Origin: Trichoplax adhaerens
Taxonomy: Eukaryota; Animalia; Placozoa
NCBI RefSeq assembly: GCF_000150275.1
Contig: NW_002060948.1
Coordinates: forward strand, 5,316,336-5,380,335
DNA length: 64,000 bases
Direction: 5' to 3'
Shown here: piece by piece, positions 1-12,820 of the stretch
Layout: the number at the start of each line of letters is the position of its first letter
Position numbering within the stretch: position 1 is the first letter of the stretch
Translations under genes and position numbers: made by a program
The notes under the pieces: generated by a model
What the model was told of the DNA's origin: nothing
What the model saw: only the letters and a program-made list of their open reading frames with translations
The model's database searches: none

Positions 1-265
1 CGAAGGAAAAACTATTTGTTCCATATTTATTTATGTTAATCACTTGATCTGGGACAATTTTAGTAAGACAACCACCAAAAAATAGAGCTTATAGAAAGTT
101 TTATTCACAGATAATTACTCTTTAATATCAGTTGTGCTAGATCTCTTAAGTTGGTCCATTTGTGTCCTTTAACATGCATATTACACAGTCCTTTTGGCAT
201 TGTTTACCAAACTATAGTTTGTCTTTTAATGAATACAACAAGTGATTAATAAACCAAATTTATAG

Positions 266-3075
266 GCTACCAATCGTACAGGGAGGATCCTTTGCCTTTA
301 TAGCTCCAACTATTGCTATTATGTCACTGGATAAATGGAAAAGCACTTGCAGACCAAATATTTTACCCTGGGCAAGTACGTGATTGTATAGAATACTGTA
401 GTACTATCTTCTTCATTGCAGGCTTTACCATTTCTATACTTAACTAAATCAAGTATTAAATTGTACTATATGTACTTGCATACATTCTTTCTCATCATCT
501 GAAATTTGCCATAGTATTCTTAGCCACCAGAAATAAAATAGAAGACTGAGTAATGCAGAGAGAATTATTAAATAAATATTACTTGGCTTTTTGATTGTTT
601 AGATCTTACAATGGATGAGCAAGTAAATCAAACAGAAATGTGGCAAGTTCGGATGCGAGAGGTAATTTATCCTTGTCGAAGTCGAGAATTATAGGTAGTA
701 ATAAGTTAGTAGCTACAACGCGGTGAATTCGTTTCTAATTTCACATAAATGAAATTATGCTTCTTAGTGAGTCCAACTCGAATAAACGAGTATTCCTAAA
801 TATATTTTGCTTACCGGTAACTAATTTATATTTTAACTATACTGAAACTGGTAATAATAACGTTATATTTATTAAAAGATCCAAGGAGCTATCATGCTAT
901 CATCCCTATTTCAAATATTCATTGGTTTTTCTGGTATAATTGGACTTTGCCTACGATTTATTGGACCAATTACCATCGCTCCGACGATTACTTTAATTGG
1001 GTTATCGATAATTAGTGCGGCTACATTTTATTCATGTATGAAAATGATAAATATTTAAAGTTAATAATCAGTCAATAGAGTTATAATTGTATAGAAATAT
1101 GTGATCAAATATCTAGTCATAATAAAGTAATTTTGATAAATTTTACATGCTAAATTCTTAATATTAACTCTGGGTATCTATTTTTGATTATAGCTTCCCA
1201 CTGGGGCATAGCGATATTGTAAGTATAAGTTATATTATGATGAAGTGTTAAATTAAATGAATTTAAATGTTAGAATAAGAAGTCCTGTATAATTTGCTCT
1301 CGTACATCATTATAATTTGTTAGGACGGTATTCTTTATCGCCCTTTTCTCACAAGTTCTGGAGAGATTTCCTGTTCCAATGCCCGCTTTTCAGAGAGGGA
1401 AAGGCTGTTATGTTACTAGAGTGCACATATTCAGGCTCTTCCCGGTACGATAATCGTTGATGATAATTAAATACTTTACGATATATCTGTTCTATTAATG
1501 ATTATAACAGTTTATCATTTACCCCGAGTAAATCTTATCGTTATATCGAAGTGATAAACAAATTGTAAAATAAAAAAATACTAAAAATATTTGGGTATAG
1601 AAAATACTCGTAAGTAACAATATAATAAAAACTACAGAAAATAGTAAATCTGAGCAGCCTTTGTAATTTACTCTCGAATTGGTCTATATACGCGTATGAT
1701 GTAAAAATGATGTCTGGAATCCGAAATATTAACACTCTAATGACTTTTTCTAAATTTAGGTATTGATTGCTGTCATAACATCATGGGTATTATCGGCTAT
1801 CCTTACATCTGCTGGTGCTTTCACCTCAAATCGAGCTAATCCAACCTATTTTGCCAGAACTGATGCTAGAATCTCTGTATTACAAACATCACCTTGGTTT
1901 CGATTTCCATATCCTTGTATGATAAATGCATTAACAAATCACTTTAACTCCTAATGTAAAATATGAATGCAAATTAATTATAATTATACTTTAATCGTTT
2001 ATATACATATAATCGTATAACCGAATGACTTGGCTTACTTTACTAATTACAATACATTTAACTTTAGTTCAATGGGGTACACCTACAGTCTCTGTTGCTA
2101 GTGTATTTGGTATGCTGGCGGGAGTATTAGCATCTATGATCGAATCGATTGGCGATTATTATGCTTGTGCTAGACTTGCTGGTGCCAAACCTCCACCGAG
2201 ACATGCTATTAATCGTGGTATTGGTATGGAAGGAATAGGATGTGTGTTAGCTGGTATGATTGGCTCTGGTAACGGAACCACCTCCTATAGCCAAAATGTA
2301 GGAGCCATTGGTATAACTAGGGTAAGTTATGATATTACTGAATAATTTTATTAACCGTATAGACGATGATTCAATGTACTTTCTACTGTAGCTCTTTGAA
2401 TTTACAAAACAATTGTTGATTATTGTCTTTGCTATTATGCTAAAGGTTGGCAGCCGTGCTGTAGTCCAGTGTGGAGCTGTTATAATGATCATCTTAGCCA
2501 TTATAAGCAAATTTGGAGCCATTTTTGCATCAGTACCTAATCCTATCGTTGGGGGAGTATTCCTTGTTATGTTTGGACTAGTAACATCAGTTGGCCTATC
2601 CAATCTTCAGTTCTGTAATATGAATTCGCCAAGAAACATCTTTGTTGTTGGTATATCGATTATTTTTGGTATGGCTTTCCCTACTTGGCTAAGAACGGGC
2701 ACTAACTCATCTGTAATTAAAACTAACGTAACAGAACTGGATCAAATTATTATCGTTTTACTCAGTACTAACATTGCTGTTGGAGGATTTGTTGCTTTAA
2801 TCCTTGACAATATTCTTCCTGGTACTTTGGAAGAACGTGGTATGCATATATGGTCTCGAGAAACAGCGAATGCATCGAATGTAATGAGTTATGAATACGC
2901 AAAAGATATAAAAAGATCATATGATCTTCCATTTGGAATGTCTACTTTCTTCCAGAAATTTGCATGCACAAATTATCTGCCATTCTGTCCACCACGTTAT
3001 GATGATCTGATAGAAGAATCAGAGCAACACATAGATCTGGAATCTAGGAAAGAATACATTAGTACTGTAGTATAA
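266..3075 (+). CDS. SLC23/NAT (NCS2) nucleobase transporter, paralog 1 (5' exons outside window)
   Basis: GT-AG exons 266-375, 603-661, 879-1035, 1194-1218, 1324-1444, 1760-1916, 2068-2321, 2446-3075 join in frame. Motifs: [11 protein letters not shown] (TM3), [23 protein letters not shown] (TM8), NAT signature [22 protein letters not shown]. Stop TAA at 3073-3075. Confidence 0.93.
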
Positions 3076-6000
3076 ATAATTGGTTTAATTTAGTACAGCA
3101 GCAGCATTAATAGCTTTTGCTTTAAATTTCTCACTACGCTTTTATTTTTATTATTATCATATATTATAAATAATAGCCGATACTAACTTTATCGAGATTA
3201 AAACGGTGTTGAACATTGTCAGTTTAAGTACCAACTTTATAATATCCGCTAGAGAAATACAACTGTTGTTATGCTCTTAGGGTTTCTTCTGTTCTTAACT
3301 TGATGTTCTCCAGCTAATGTTCTCACTAACGATGACTCTCTATAAAACTTTCATTTACACCTTATTTAGTAGCCTTCATGAGTTGAATATAAGCCAACTT
3401 TAATTCTAGGTTAATTTTTGGAGCTGGATTACATTCTTATTCTATGGTAAATAAAGCAAGAAATAATTTATCATTATTCTGATTTTTCCCTTATATTCGA
3501 TCATCCTTGAATGGAAATTATGGCATTGAACAGTACATATTTTATATTTTAAATAAGAAATTATATACCGAACATAAAAAAGTTACGGTCATGATTTGAA
3601 TAATGAATACAGATCGTAGCTAAGTCATATAAAGGACTACCGCATCTATGATTAGAAACTTTTAGTAATCGATATCTTAATATATCTATACTGAAATCAT
3701 TCGCAACCCCTTAGTTATTCTAGGATCCAACTAAGGTGCATAAATTCTATTCTACTACTTTCATGCCTTTTCTATGAAATTTATTTGACCATTTACAGTA
3801 ATTCTATGTAAATGTTCAGCTATAGCTGTTCCAATTTAACCCGGTTAGTAACTACTATGATTATAATAAACATTACGATATCTAATGAATATATATAAAT
3901 ATTTGTAATTCAGAGATTCTATAACATACAGGCTGTTCTCAGCGATGTATAACGAAGGAAAAAAGTCCAATAGTAATATAGGAAAAGAATTCTGAATTCT
4001 GCATTAATACTCGAAGATCGGGTTAGGAAGCTAATACTTTTGTAAAGGACGGAGATTGCTAAAAATTTTTCCAGATTGTTATCGGTATTTAAAGTGTTAA
4101 TTATTATTTTTACTCGTATAGCAGCAATATTATAATAATTTTACATAGTGTGATTTTCCGATTTGAAAAACCTCGACACCGGTGTTGACACAAGAGATCT
4201 CTAATACTCTAAGGTAATGAAGATTAAAAATCAAAGATTTTCCCATTTAATTTTGACATTAGCATAAGCTTGTTATTATGAATGAATTAGTATACGTTCA
4301 TAAATTGAGAAATCGAAAAAGATATGAATAGACGTAATGAACAATTAGTAATAACTTATAATTAACTTATTTACTTGCATAGCTGGTAATGCGTATTCTC
4401 GTAAATAGCGATCTCCTCTGATCCTATTAAAATATGAGTTTCATGATTTCTGCTACTATAAAATTTGACTTTCAGATATTATTTACACCACAGCAGTAAT
4501 GCATTATAAGATTAAAAGCATTTTTCATTATTGACTTAGTAGATGATGAAAATTGCAGTACAGAGATACGATGATCGCTAGTTAGAGAATGCTTTGTAAA
4601 ATGCTTCTTAACGATATTTTGTTATACGTAATACAATATTGTTCATTGCAAGAAGCTCATCGTATGAATTCTTACCTACCTAATAAAACAGTTGAAAGTG
4701 GCTAGATTAATTATCTTAGATAAACGGATTACTGCTCTGAGAATAGCGCAGTAAATTATAACTGTGAGCACTTTTGAATTATGTAAATCATCTTTATACC
4801 TGTACCTTACAGTATATTATTTATGCCATTCTTATCAGTCAGCAGTACTCATGATCGCTTGGGGTCTATAAGGTAACCTATAATTAAAAATTAGAATTAC
4901 TATTATCGTTTTTCTTCTAATTCAATCCAACCAAAGCCGACCCAATTTGATTGTATTTATCACAGGAATGATTGATACCGGTACAATATTTTAAGAGTAG
5001 ATTAGAAAATTAAATTCTTATGCATCACGCGAGATAATCTTAGTCAGATTCTTGAATTAGCGTAAAATTTTAGTATCTGAAATTCGATTTCATTAGGAGG
5101 ATTTCGTTAAACGATCACCAAATTGTAAAGATATTTAAATGCCTATATGACTACCTTACACATTTACTACTAAAAAATTATTGTTCTAAATAACACTAAT
5201 AGAATAAAATATGAAACAGTTTATAAAAATTTTGAACAAATACAATTATGATTAGTTAAATTCATTAATTTAGATTAAAATTATATAATTCTATATCAAG
5301 ATATAAAGAGTAGAAATTACTTCATTGTAGTAGCAGGTCAGTATATGTCCTTCTATGAAATTATTTTCTTAAACAATTATAGAAATGCAAGGGTAGTATA
5401 ACTGTCTAATATATAGTTATTGATGTCATCGTATTCTATTTTGCATGTAGTCTTCTTATATACTGTATACGAGTATCTATGCTTTGGTAAGAAGTGCTGA
5501 ACCTGTTGTGCTATGTATTGCCTCTGAATTAATATGCAAAATCCTAAGTTTTGCATATGTATTAACTTCCAGAGTATAAGACAATCCTAATCAAATTAAT
5601 CTGTGATGAATTAATTATATGTAACATCGTAATTGCTGTATATCTATATTTTTGTATTGAATTTCATTATTAAACTTTATAACACTAATCAAGTCCGATC
5701 AATTTTATAAATCTACGCAAATTTATTCCAAATTTGCAATTATTAAATTAAGCTCATGCTTTCTGCCTTTCTGCTATTCAATAAATGAATCGTGCACCAA
5801 TTAATATACTGTACTTTGTAATATAAATTATAATTCAAAAAATTTTTGTTTTCTTGCGATGTATGATTCTCGAGAACTTTACTTCTCAATTCAATACTAT
5901 CCATTCACCAATAAGTTATCTAATAGCGAATATCACCTCTGAAGTACAGACTATTATAAGTTTATTGCCAGCTCTTTCGATACCCAATGCTTCACAATCA

Positions 6001-7629
6001 TCGACTCCAAAAGTAAATCAGCTGATACCCGGGTTACAGTTGCCGTAAGGAAAAAATGGCATATTGTACATTATGTATTCCCATTTTAACAAGCCTAACA
6101 TCACTTTACCTAAAACATACATTGATTATCAATTTATATTGACCATAGATGCAATCTGACTGTATAATTTCATTCATCGCCATTTCCGTTTTGTTTCCTT
6201 TGATAGCAAGTGACTGGAGATATTTTGCAGCAGCTTTAAAAAGCCAGTTACGTAAAGTTGTTGTTTATTATTTCGATATTACTTACTTCCAAAGTATGCT
6301 ATCAGTTCAAAATTGAATAACCAGACAACTATTACAATTATTTTGCCCGAATAGCCTGAACCATAATATCTTGAATGAACCTTACATCCTTTAATCGATA
6401 GTGCATAATTTGATCCATTTTTACGCACTTTAAGGCCATAAATAATGCTTAATCAGTATTAGCTTACTTCTGTGCTTAAAAAATTAAGCTAATCCTTTAT
6501 AAAGTATGAGGTAGGAGTCAGTTAAATGCGCGAAGAGAATATATTCTATTCATTTGCAGAATAAAACTTGCTATTGACAATTAAGGCCTATATACACAAG
6601 ATTGATCTGTTCTGCAGGCCTGTAGACTTTAATAAAAACTGTAGGACCTGTGTGATCTTAATCATGATTAGCCTTTGTAACAATTTACTTTTTATGGTCT
6701 TTATTTACCAATAAACTTCATCGTACATGATAAATCAAAACTAGACTTAGTGCCTATCACTGAAATTTACTAACGATTGTAAATGATCATCCTGCCACAA
6801 AATACCAACCAGCACCAGAAAAATTAAATAATCACAGCTAACGATTTATCGCTCCATCATGAATATCATCCCTCTCTTCCATTAAAGTACGGTACCTCAT
6901 TCGCACTATAGTATATTGGGTCTCATGGTGGTCAAACAATTACGGCCATAAAAACTTTGTTTATTAGCAATGTCATTGTAGAAAATCCTGACAGCAAGTA
7001 AAAGCTTAGAGATATTGTTGTTTGCCGTCTATTGATGAAAGTTAAACTTGACTGGAGTAATGACGTATTGCAAATTATTTATTTGTTAACCCTGCCCCTG
7101 GTTCTAACCATACGTCGTATATGATAGACTAAAAGAGTAAAATAAGAACTGTAAAATGGAAGCACAACTGTTATTAGTGCTAGCTTTTAAATGCGTTGTA
7201 ACGCTATGCTTATGACGTTTCTTATAATCCTTTGGATATCAAATTATTTTATTCTACTCTATGAACGCAATTATTTGGAGTAGCCATTTCTAAGTACGAC
7301 AAGTCCCAGAATAGATAAAATATTTAACCATAAGAGATAAATAAACAAACTGCTTAAACATACATACGAGCAAACTATTTTTTTTTACCGCCTTTACAAC
7401 AATGTCAATTATGTAAATTTCCCATATTTTTTTGCCGCCGCCTTGATTTGATACTGATAATATATATTGTAGCAAAAGACTACCCCGGTGCTACCTCAAA
7501 ATTATTTACAAAAAAATTAAGCGCTTGCTTCGAGGAGACATTGCTTGTGCCATATTTCCAACATCTAAGTTGCTAATCAATTTATTTTAATCACCTCTTC
7601 ACGAATAAAATCTCGCCGTGACATTAGCA

Positions 7630-10600
7630 ATGGCAATTAATTCCAATCATGATGATACGATGACAGAAAATCACCAACAGGAAAATTGCAATGGTACCAT
7701 CAAGGTATGTTAGTTTTACTTCGGGTACAAATAAGCATGTATTTAGAAGCCTGTATTTCAATTTACCTAGATTGTAGCAACAGTTGATATCGTTCTCTAA
7801 TTTTACAAAAAATTAATGGTTTAGGTTAATGCTTTTAAATATTAAGATAAAGAAGTCTTGATACATCAATTTGCTGCTGCTGGGATATCGATTTCACCAA
7901 TATCAGCAGATTCCAATAGCTAATCCTATATTTTAAATATCATATTAATATTCAGATTATTTATTGTATGTATTTTTTATTCTATCTTTTCAATATTCAT
8001 TATCTCATGATACAGAATGATGAGAAAAGCTTTGGTAAGTATCTAATGCCGATAAAATGTTATAGATAAACGATAATAATTAAATGATGACAAACTTCGT
8101 TTACTCTTGATTATGATTGATTTCTCCATTGCTAAACTCATAAATTAAATTGATCAAATGATTCTTGATCACTTTTTTAGTTGTCTATAAGCTTCATGAA
8201 GTTCCTCCATTTCTATATACTATTGGTCTAGGATTACAAGTAATAACTTTGTGTTTATCCAATCGATTTTTCATCTACAGTGGCAATACTCGTATAGCTG
8301 ATTCTTTTTACTGGATTGATTTTATTTTCATTAAGTTGTTTAAACAGTATTAAAGTTAACTCTTAGCTTTATTCGAGCATAATTGATTGATTGCAACTGT
8401 TCTTATAATTTTCTATAGCATTACTTGACAATGTTCGGGGCAACTATTTCTTTACCATTTGTCTTAGCGGCACCACTTTGCATTGGTTTTAATAATCCAT
8501 TAGCTATAAGCAACTTGATTTCCACCATTTTTTTTGTATCTGGTATTTCAACGTTATTGCAAGCAACATTTGGCATCAGGTTTGTCTTATTTTTATTATA
8601 AGTATAGCTCAAATGCCTCTTATATCTAATATTAATTAACTTCGCGATGAAAATTGTTACATGTACCATCAATATACATATCACCAGAACCCATTTCAAC
8701 ATGAAATATGAAATAAAAAATAGCTAATTTCTAGAGAAAAATTTTTATTGACACACATGCAACTTTTAACGTTCGCGATGTTGTACATCTTAAGTTCACT
8801 TTTTCGTATCACATAATCACATATAGGATTTTCGTGATTGTTTACATAACTATAGTCATTTCATTAACAAATAAATGATTAACAAACAAAATTTACAGGC
8901 TGCCAATCGTGCAAGGAGGATCCTTTACCTTTGTAGCACCAACTGTCGCTATTATGGCACTTGATAAATGGAAGGGTACTTGTAGTCCGAATGTTTTGCC
9001 TTGGGCAAGTAAGTTATATTAAAGAATTTTACTATCATTTCCTACTCTGCATGTTTCGCTATATGCTATGTACAACACATGACTAAACATTCATCAGAAT
9101 AGTATAGCATGTACTTGCATGTATTCTTTCTTAGCTCATACATATTTCCTATCATTTTATTAACCACCAGAAATAAATTGACGTTACAGCAATGAAAGAA
9201 TGCTTTATTGCTAACTAAATAACATTTTCCTTGATGATCTACGTAGACCTGACATTGGCCCAGCAAGAAAATCAAACAGAAATGTGGCAATCTCGTATGC
9301 GAGAGGTAATTTTTCTTTATGTCATTCGCTAGTTAATTAGTTGGTAATGGCTAAGTAACAGCAGAACGATAAGTTTACACATTTCTGTAGAAATGTAATC
9401 ATGTCTTCTTTATAAAGTCCAAGTCTAGGTAATTTTTATAAGCTCTCCAATATCTTTATTATACTAACAACTTGTTTATATTTAAATCATGCATAAGCTA
9501 GTAATAAAAATGTTCTACTTTATTACAAGATCCAAGGAGCTGTCATGCTATCATCGCTATTTCAGTTAATCATTGGTTTTTCTGGCATAATTGGACTTTG
9601 CCTAAGATTTATTGGACCGATCACTATTGCTCCTACGATTACTTTAGTTGGATTAACGTTAATCGATCCAGCTACCTTTTATTCGTGTATGAAAGCGATT
9701 AGAATTTTTAACTGATTTAAAGAGCTATAATTATGTAGAAATATTGCATATAATCATATATTTAGTATATTACATTTTAAATATTAATTTCTTTAACACT
9801 AACTTTATGTTATCCATTTTCATTATAGCTTCTCACTGGGGTATGGCGATATTGTAAGTATAAGTATAAGGTACCGGTATAATATGATGAAGTATTAAAT
9901 CATATTACTTAAACTAAATCTAAATATTAGAAAAACATTAGCTCTCTAATACATGCATTTCGCTTTTTACACATTCGAATTCTTAGGACAATATTCTTTA
10001 TTGGCCTTTTCTCACAAGTTCTGGAAAGATTTCCTATTCCAATACCCGCTTTTCAGAGAGGGAAAGGCTGTTATATCACTAGAGTCCACATATTTAGACT
10101 CTTCCCGGTATAGAAATCGCTCATGATATTTTAATGATTTAGAGTATCTTGATTCTATTAATAATTATAAAACTTCATCAATTAGCTGAAGTAAATCTTA
10201 TTCTTATTGGAAGGGAGATGTAATAATACAGTATCATACTTTATGATAACAATAGTAGTAGCTATTTAATAGTATAAATTAATCCTTATTTTATATACGT
10301 AAATATTGTAAAAGTAAAATACTAAAATTATTTTGGGAACGCCACTAATAAAATCTTCAGAAAATAGTAAACTGGAGTAACCTTTGAATTTTACTTCCCT
10401 ATTTTCCTTTTTTCCATGCAATAATGATATATAGAACGTGACGTATCAATATTCTATTGACTTTTCCCAAATTTAGGTGATGATTGCTGTTATAGCATCA
10501 TGGATCGTATCGGCTATCCTTACAGCTGCTGGTGCTTTCACCTCTGATCCAGCTAATCCAACTTATTTTGCTAGAACTGATGCTAGAATTTCTGTACTGG

Positions 10601-11805
10601 AATCATCACCGTGGTTTCGATTTCCATATCCTTGTATGATAAATCACTTTAACTCCTAATATAATATTATATGAATACAAATTTATTATAATTATACTGT
10701 AATCATTACGTTAATATAATCGATTATATAACTGACTAACTTTATTAGATTAATAGAATTTCGCATATCTTAATGTCATCTTGATTCACTTTAGTTCAAT
10801 GGGGTATGCCTACTGTCTCTATTGCTAGCGTATTTGGTATGCTAGCGGGAGTATTGGCATCTATGATCGAATCGATTGGCGATTATTACGCTTGTGCTAG
10901 ACTTGCTGGTGCTAAACCTCCACCGACGCATGCTATTAATCGCGGTATCGGTATGGAAGGAATAGGATGTGTATTAGCTGGGATGATTGGCACTGGTAGT
11001 GGAACAACGTCGTACAGTGAAAATATTGGAGCCATTGGTATAACTAGGGTAAGTTATGATTTTATTGAATAAGTTTCTTAACGAAAAAGGCGAAGGATTA
11101 ATATAGTTATATCGTGGATTGCATACGAGCACTATCAAATAATTTTTGAACATCATATTTATCATTATGCTAAAGGTTGGTAGTCGGGCTGTAATTCAAT
11201 GTGGAGCAATTATAATGGTTATCCTAGCCATATTTAGCAAATTTGGAGCACTTTTTGCATCGATACCTAATCCTGTTGTTGGCGGCGTTTTTATTGTTAT
11301 GTTTGGACTAGTAACAGCAGTTGGTATATCCAATTTACAGTACTGTAATATGAATTCGCCGAGAAATATCTTTATCGTTGGTTTGTCACTCATTTTTGGT
11401 ATGGCTTTCCCTACTTGGCTGAGAACGGGCACTAATTCATCTGTAATCAAAACTAACGTAGTAGAACTAGATCAAATTATTGTCGTTTTACTCAGTACTA
11501 ATATTGCTATTGGAGGAATAATTGCTTTAATCCTTGATAATATTCTTCCTGGTACTGTGGAAGAACGTGGTCTACATATGTGGTCTCAAGAAACTTCGAT
11601 TGCATCGAATGAACTAAGCAATGAATACATAAAAGATATGAAAAGATCATATGATCTTCCGTTTGGACTGTCCGATTTCTTTCATAAATTTACATGTACA
11701 AAATACCTGCCATTCTGTCCGCCACGTTATGATGATCTGCTCGAAGAATCGGATCAACGTATAGATCTAGAATCTAGAAAAGAATGCATTAATACTGATT
11801 TATAA
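7630..11805 (+). CDS. SLC23/NAT nucleobase transporter, paralog 2 (12 exons, about 608 aa)
   Basis: Exons 7630-7704, 8016-8034, 8181-8239, 8419-8579, 8899-9008, 9247-9305, 9530-9686, 9829-9853, 9987-10107, 10477-10633, 10795-11048, 11176-11805 sum to 1827 nt in frame. Motifs: GLQ|HYLTMFG (TM1 QH), [22 protein letters not shown]. Confidence 0.93.
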
Positions 11806-12060
11806 ACGATTGACTAAATTTAGTACAGCAGTAATTATTAATTGCATTCGTTTCAAATCTGCAACTTTGCCTCTCAAATTTTTTATTCTATTCTATATTA
11901 CAAATAATAATAGTTGATAACCTTATCTCTTATTGAGCAGCATTGAATATTTATTAATTAAAGTACCAGCTTTGTAATATCCATCATAAAAAGGCAACTG
12001 TTGTAATGCTTTTCTTCCATTCTTAGATGGATGTTCTCCAGCTAATACTCTTATCAACGA

Positions 12061-12820
12061 TGTTAGTCGAGAGCGGTTTAACTTATAAATATTTTCTACT
12101 TTTTATAACTAGTTCTAATCAGTCGGTGTTTAGTAATCTAGATTGGTAAATTTTTCGAAACTTCTGTCCTCTCTAACTACCGTATAACTGCCTAATTCCA
12201 TATTCAAATAATCGTATGCTTTGCTATAACTAGTAAGATTATTAGTGCATGATATTTAAGGACGCCAGTACAGGCTGTGATCTTATTCCATTGTATCGTC
12301 TATTTAAAAATTATCATTACATTACCTACTGTGATAAAGTGTCTTCTCAAAAATACAACACGAACTACAGTTTCTTATAAACTTCACTTTATTACATAAG
12401 ATTAGGTTCGTCTCATAGCTACCAAGGACTACCTCGCTTCAATAGGACTATCTCTGAATTATCTTTTACAGCGAAAGCTCGCGGTTTATATACCCCTTGT
12501 TACAGAATGAATTTTACACATTGCAAACATATCTTGCCAATTAAGTCGCAAGATAATAGTTTATCATCGCGCGAGCTATTCATTGTTTACGCGTCTAATT
12601 AAAGCGCCACAATACAATTCTCACAGTACTAACATAATCAGCGCTATCTATTACTATTATGAAATCTTAATGTAAACATCTCAATAGTATCAAGACAATA
12701 CATATGTAAACCTCTGCTACAAATAGATATCTTCAAAATCGCACTATTTAACAAACGAGTACTACTACTTTCGTATAATCTTACAATCATAATCCAAGCT
12801 ATATTTTGGGCTGCGCTACA
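12061..12820 (-). mobile_element. Solo-LTR-like dispersed repeat, copy 1
   Basis: Termini TGT(TAG)...(GCT)ACA. TATATAAA (about 12485-12492) and AATAAA (about 12388-12393) on the minus strand. Reverse-complement similarity to 21590-22270. No clear TSD. Confidence 0.55.

Noticed and set aside
1909-1916. ATATCCTT (and GTATCCTT at 33486-33493) resembling a U12-type 5' splice site
   Set aside because: It lies within the codons for the conserved FPYP. The in-frame junction FPYP-F|QWG uses the GT immediately after it, and paralog 5 lacks the motif.
2247-2603. Recurrent antisense ORFs over transporter exons (also 8421-8702, 11196-11450, 20805-21149, 34278-34571, 43074-43310)
   Set aside because: They are shadows of hydrophobic coding exons, repeated only because the sense genes are paralogous.
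3100-6100. Short ORFs and possible hidden genes in AT-rich spacers (also 22400-25800, 35000-39000, 62600-64000)
   Set aside because: No protein motifs, consistent exon chains or RNA-gene structures were visible.
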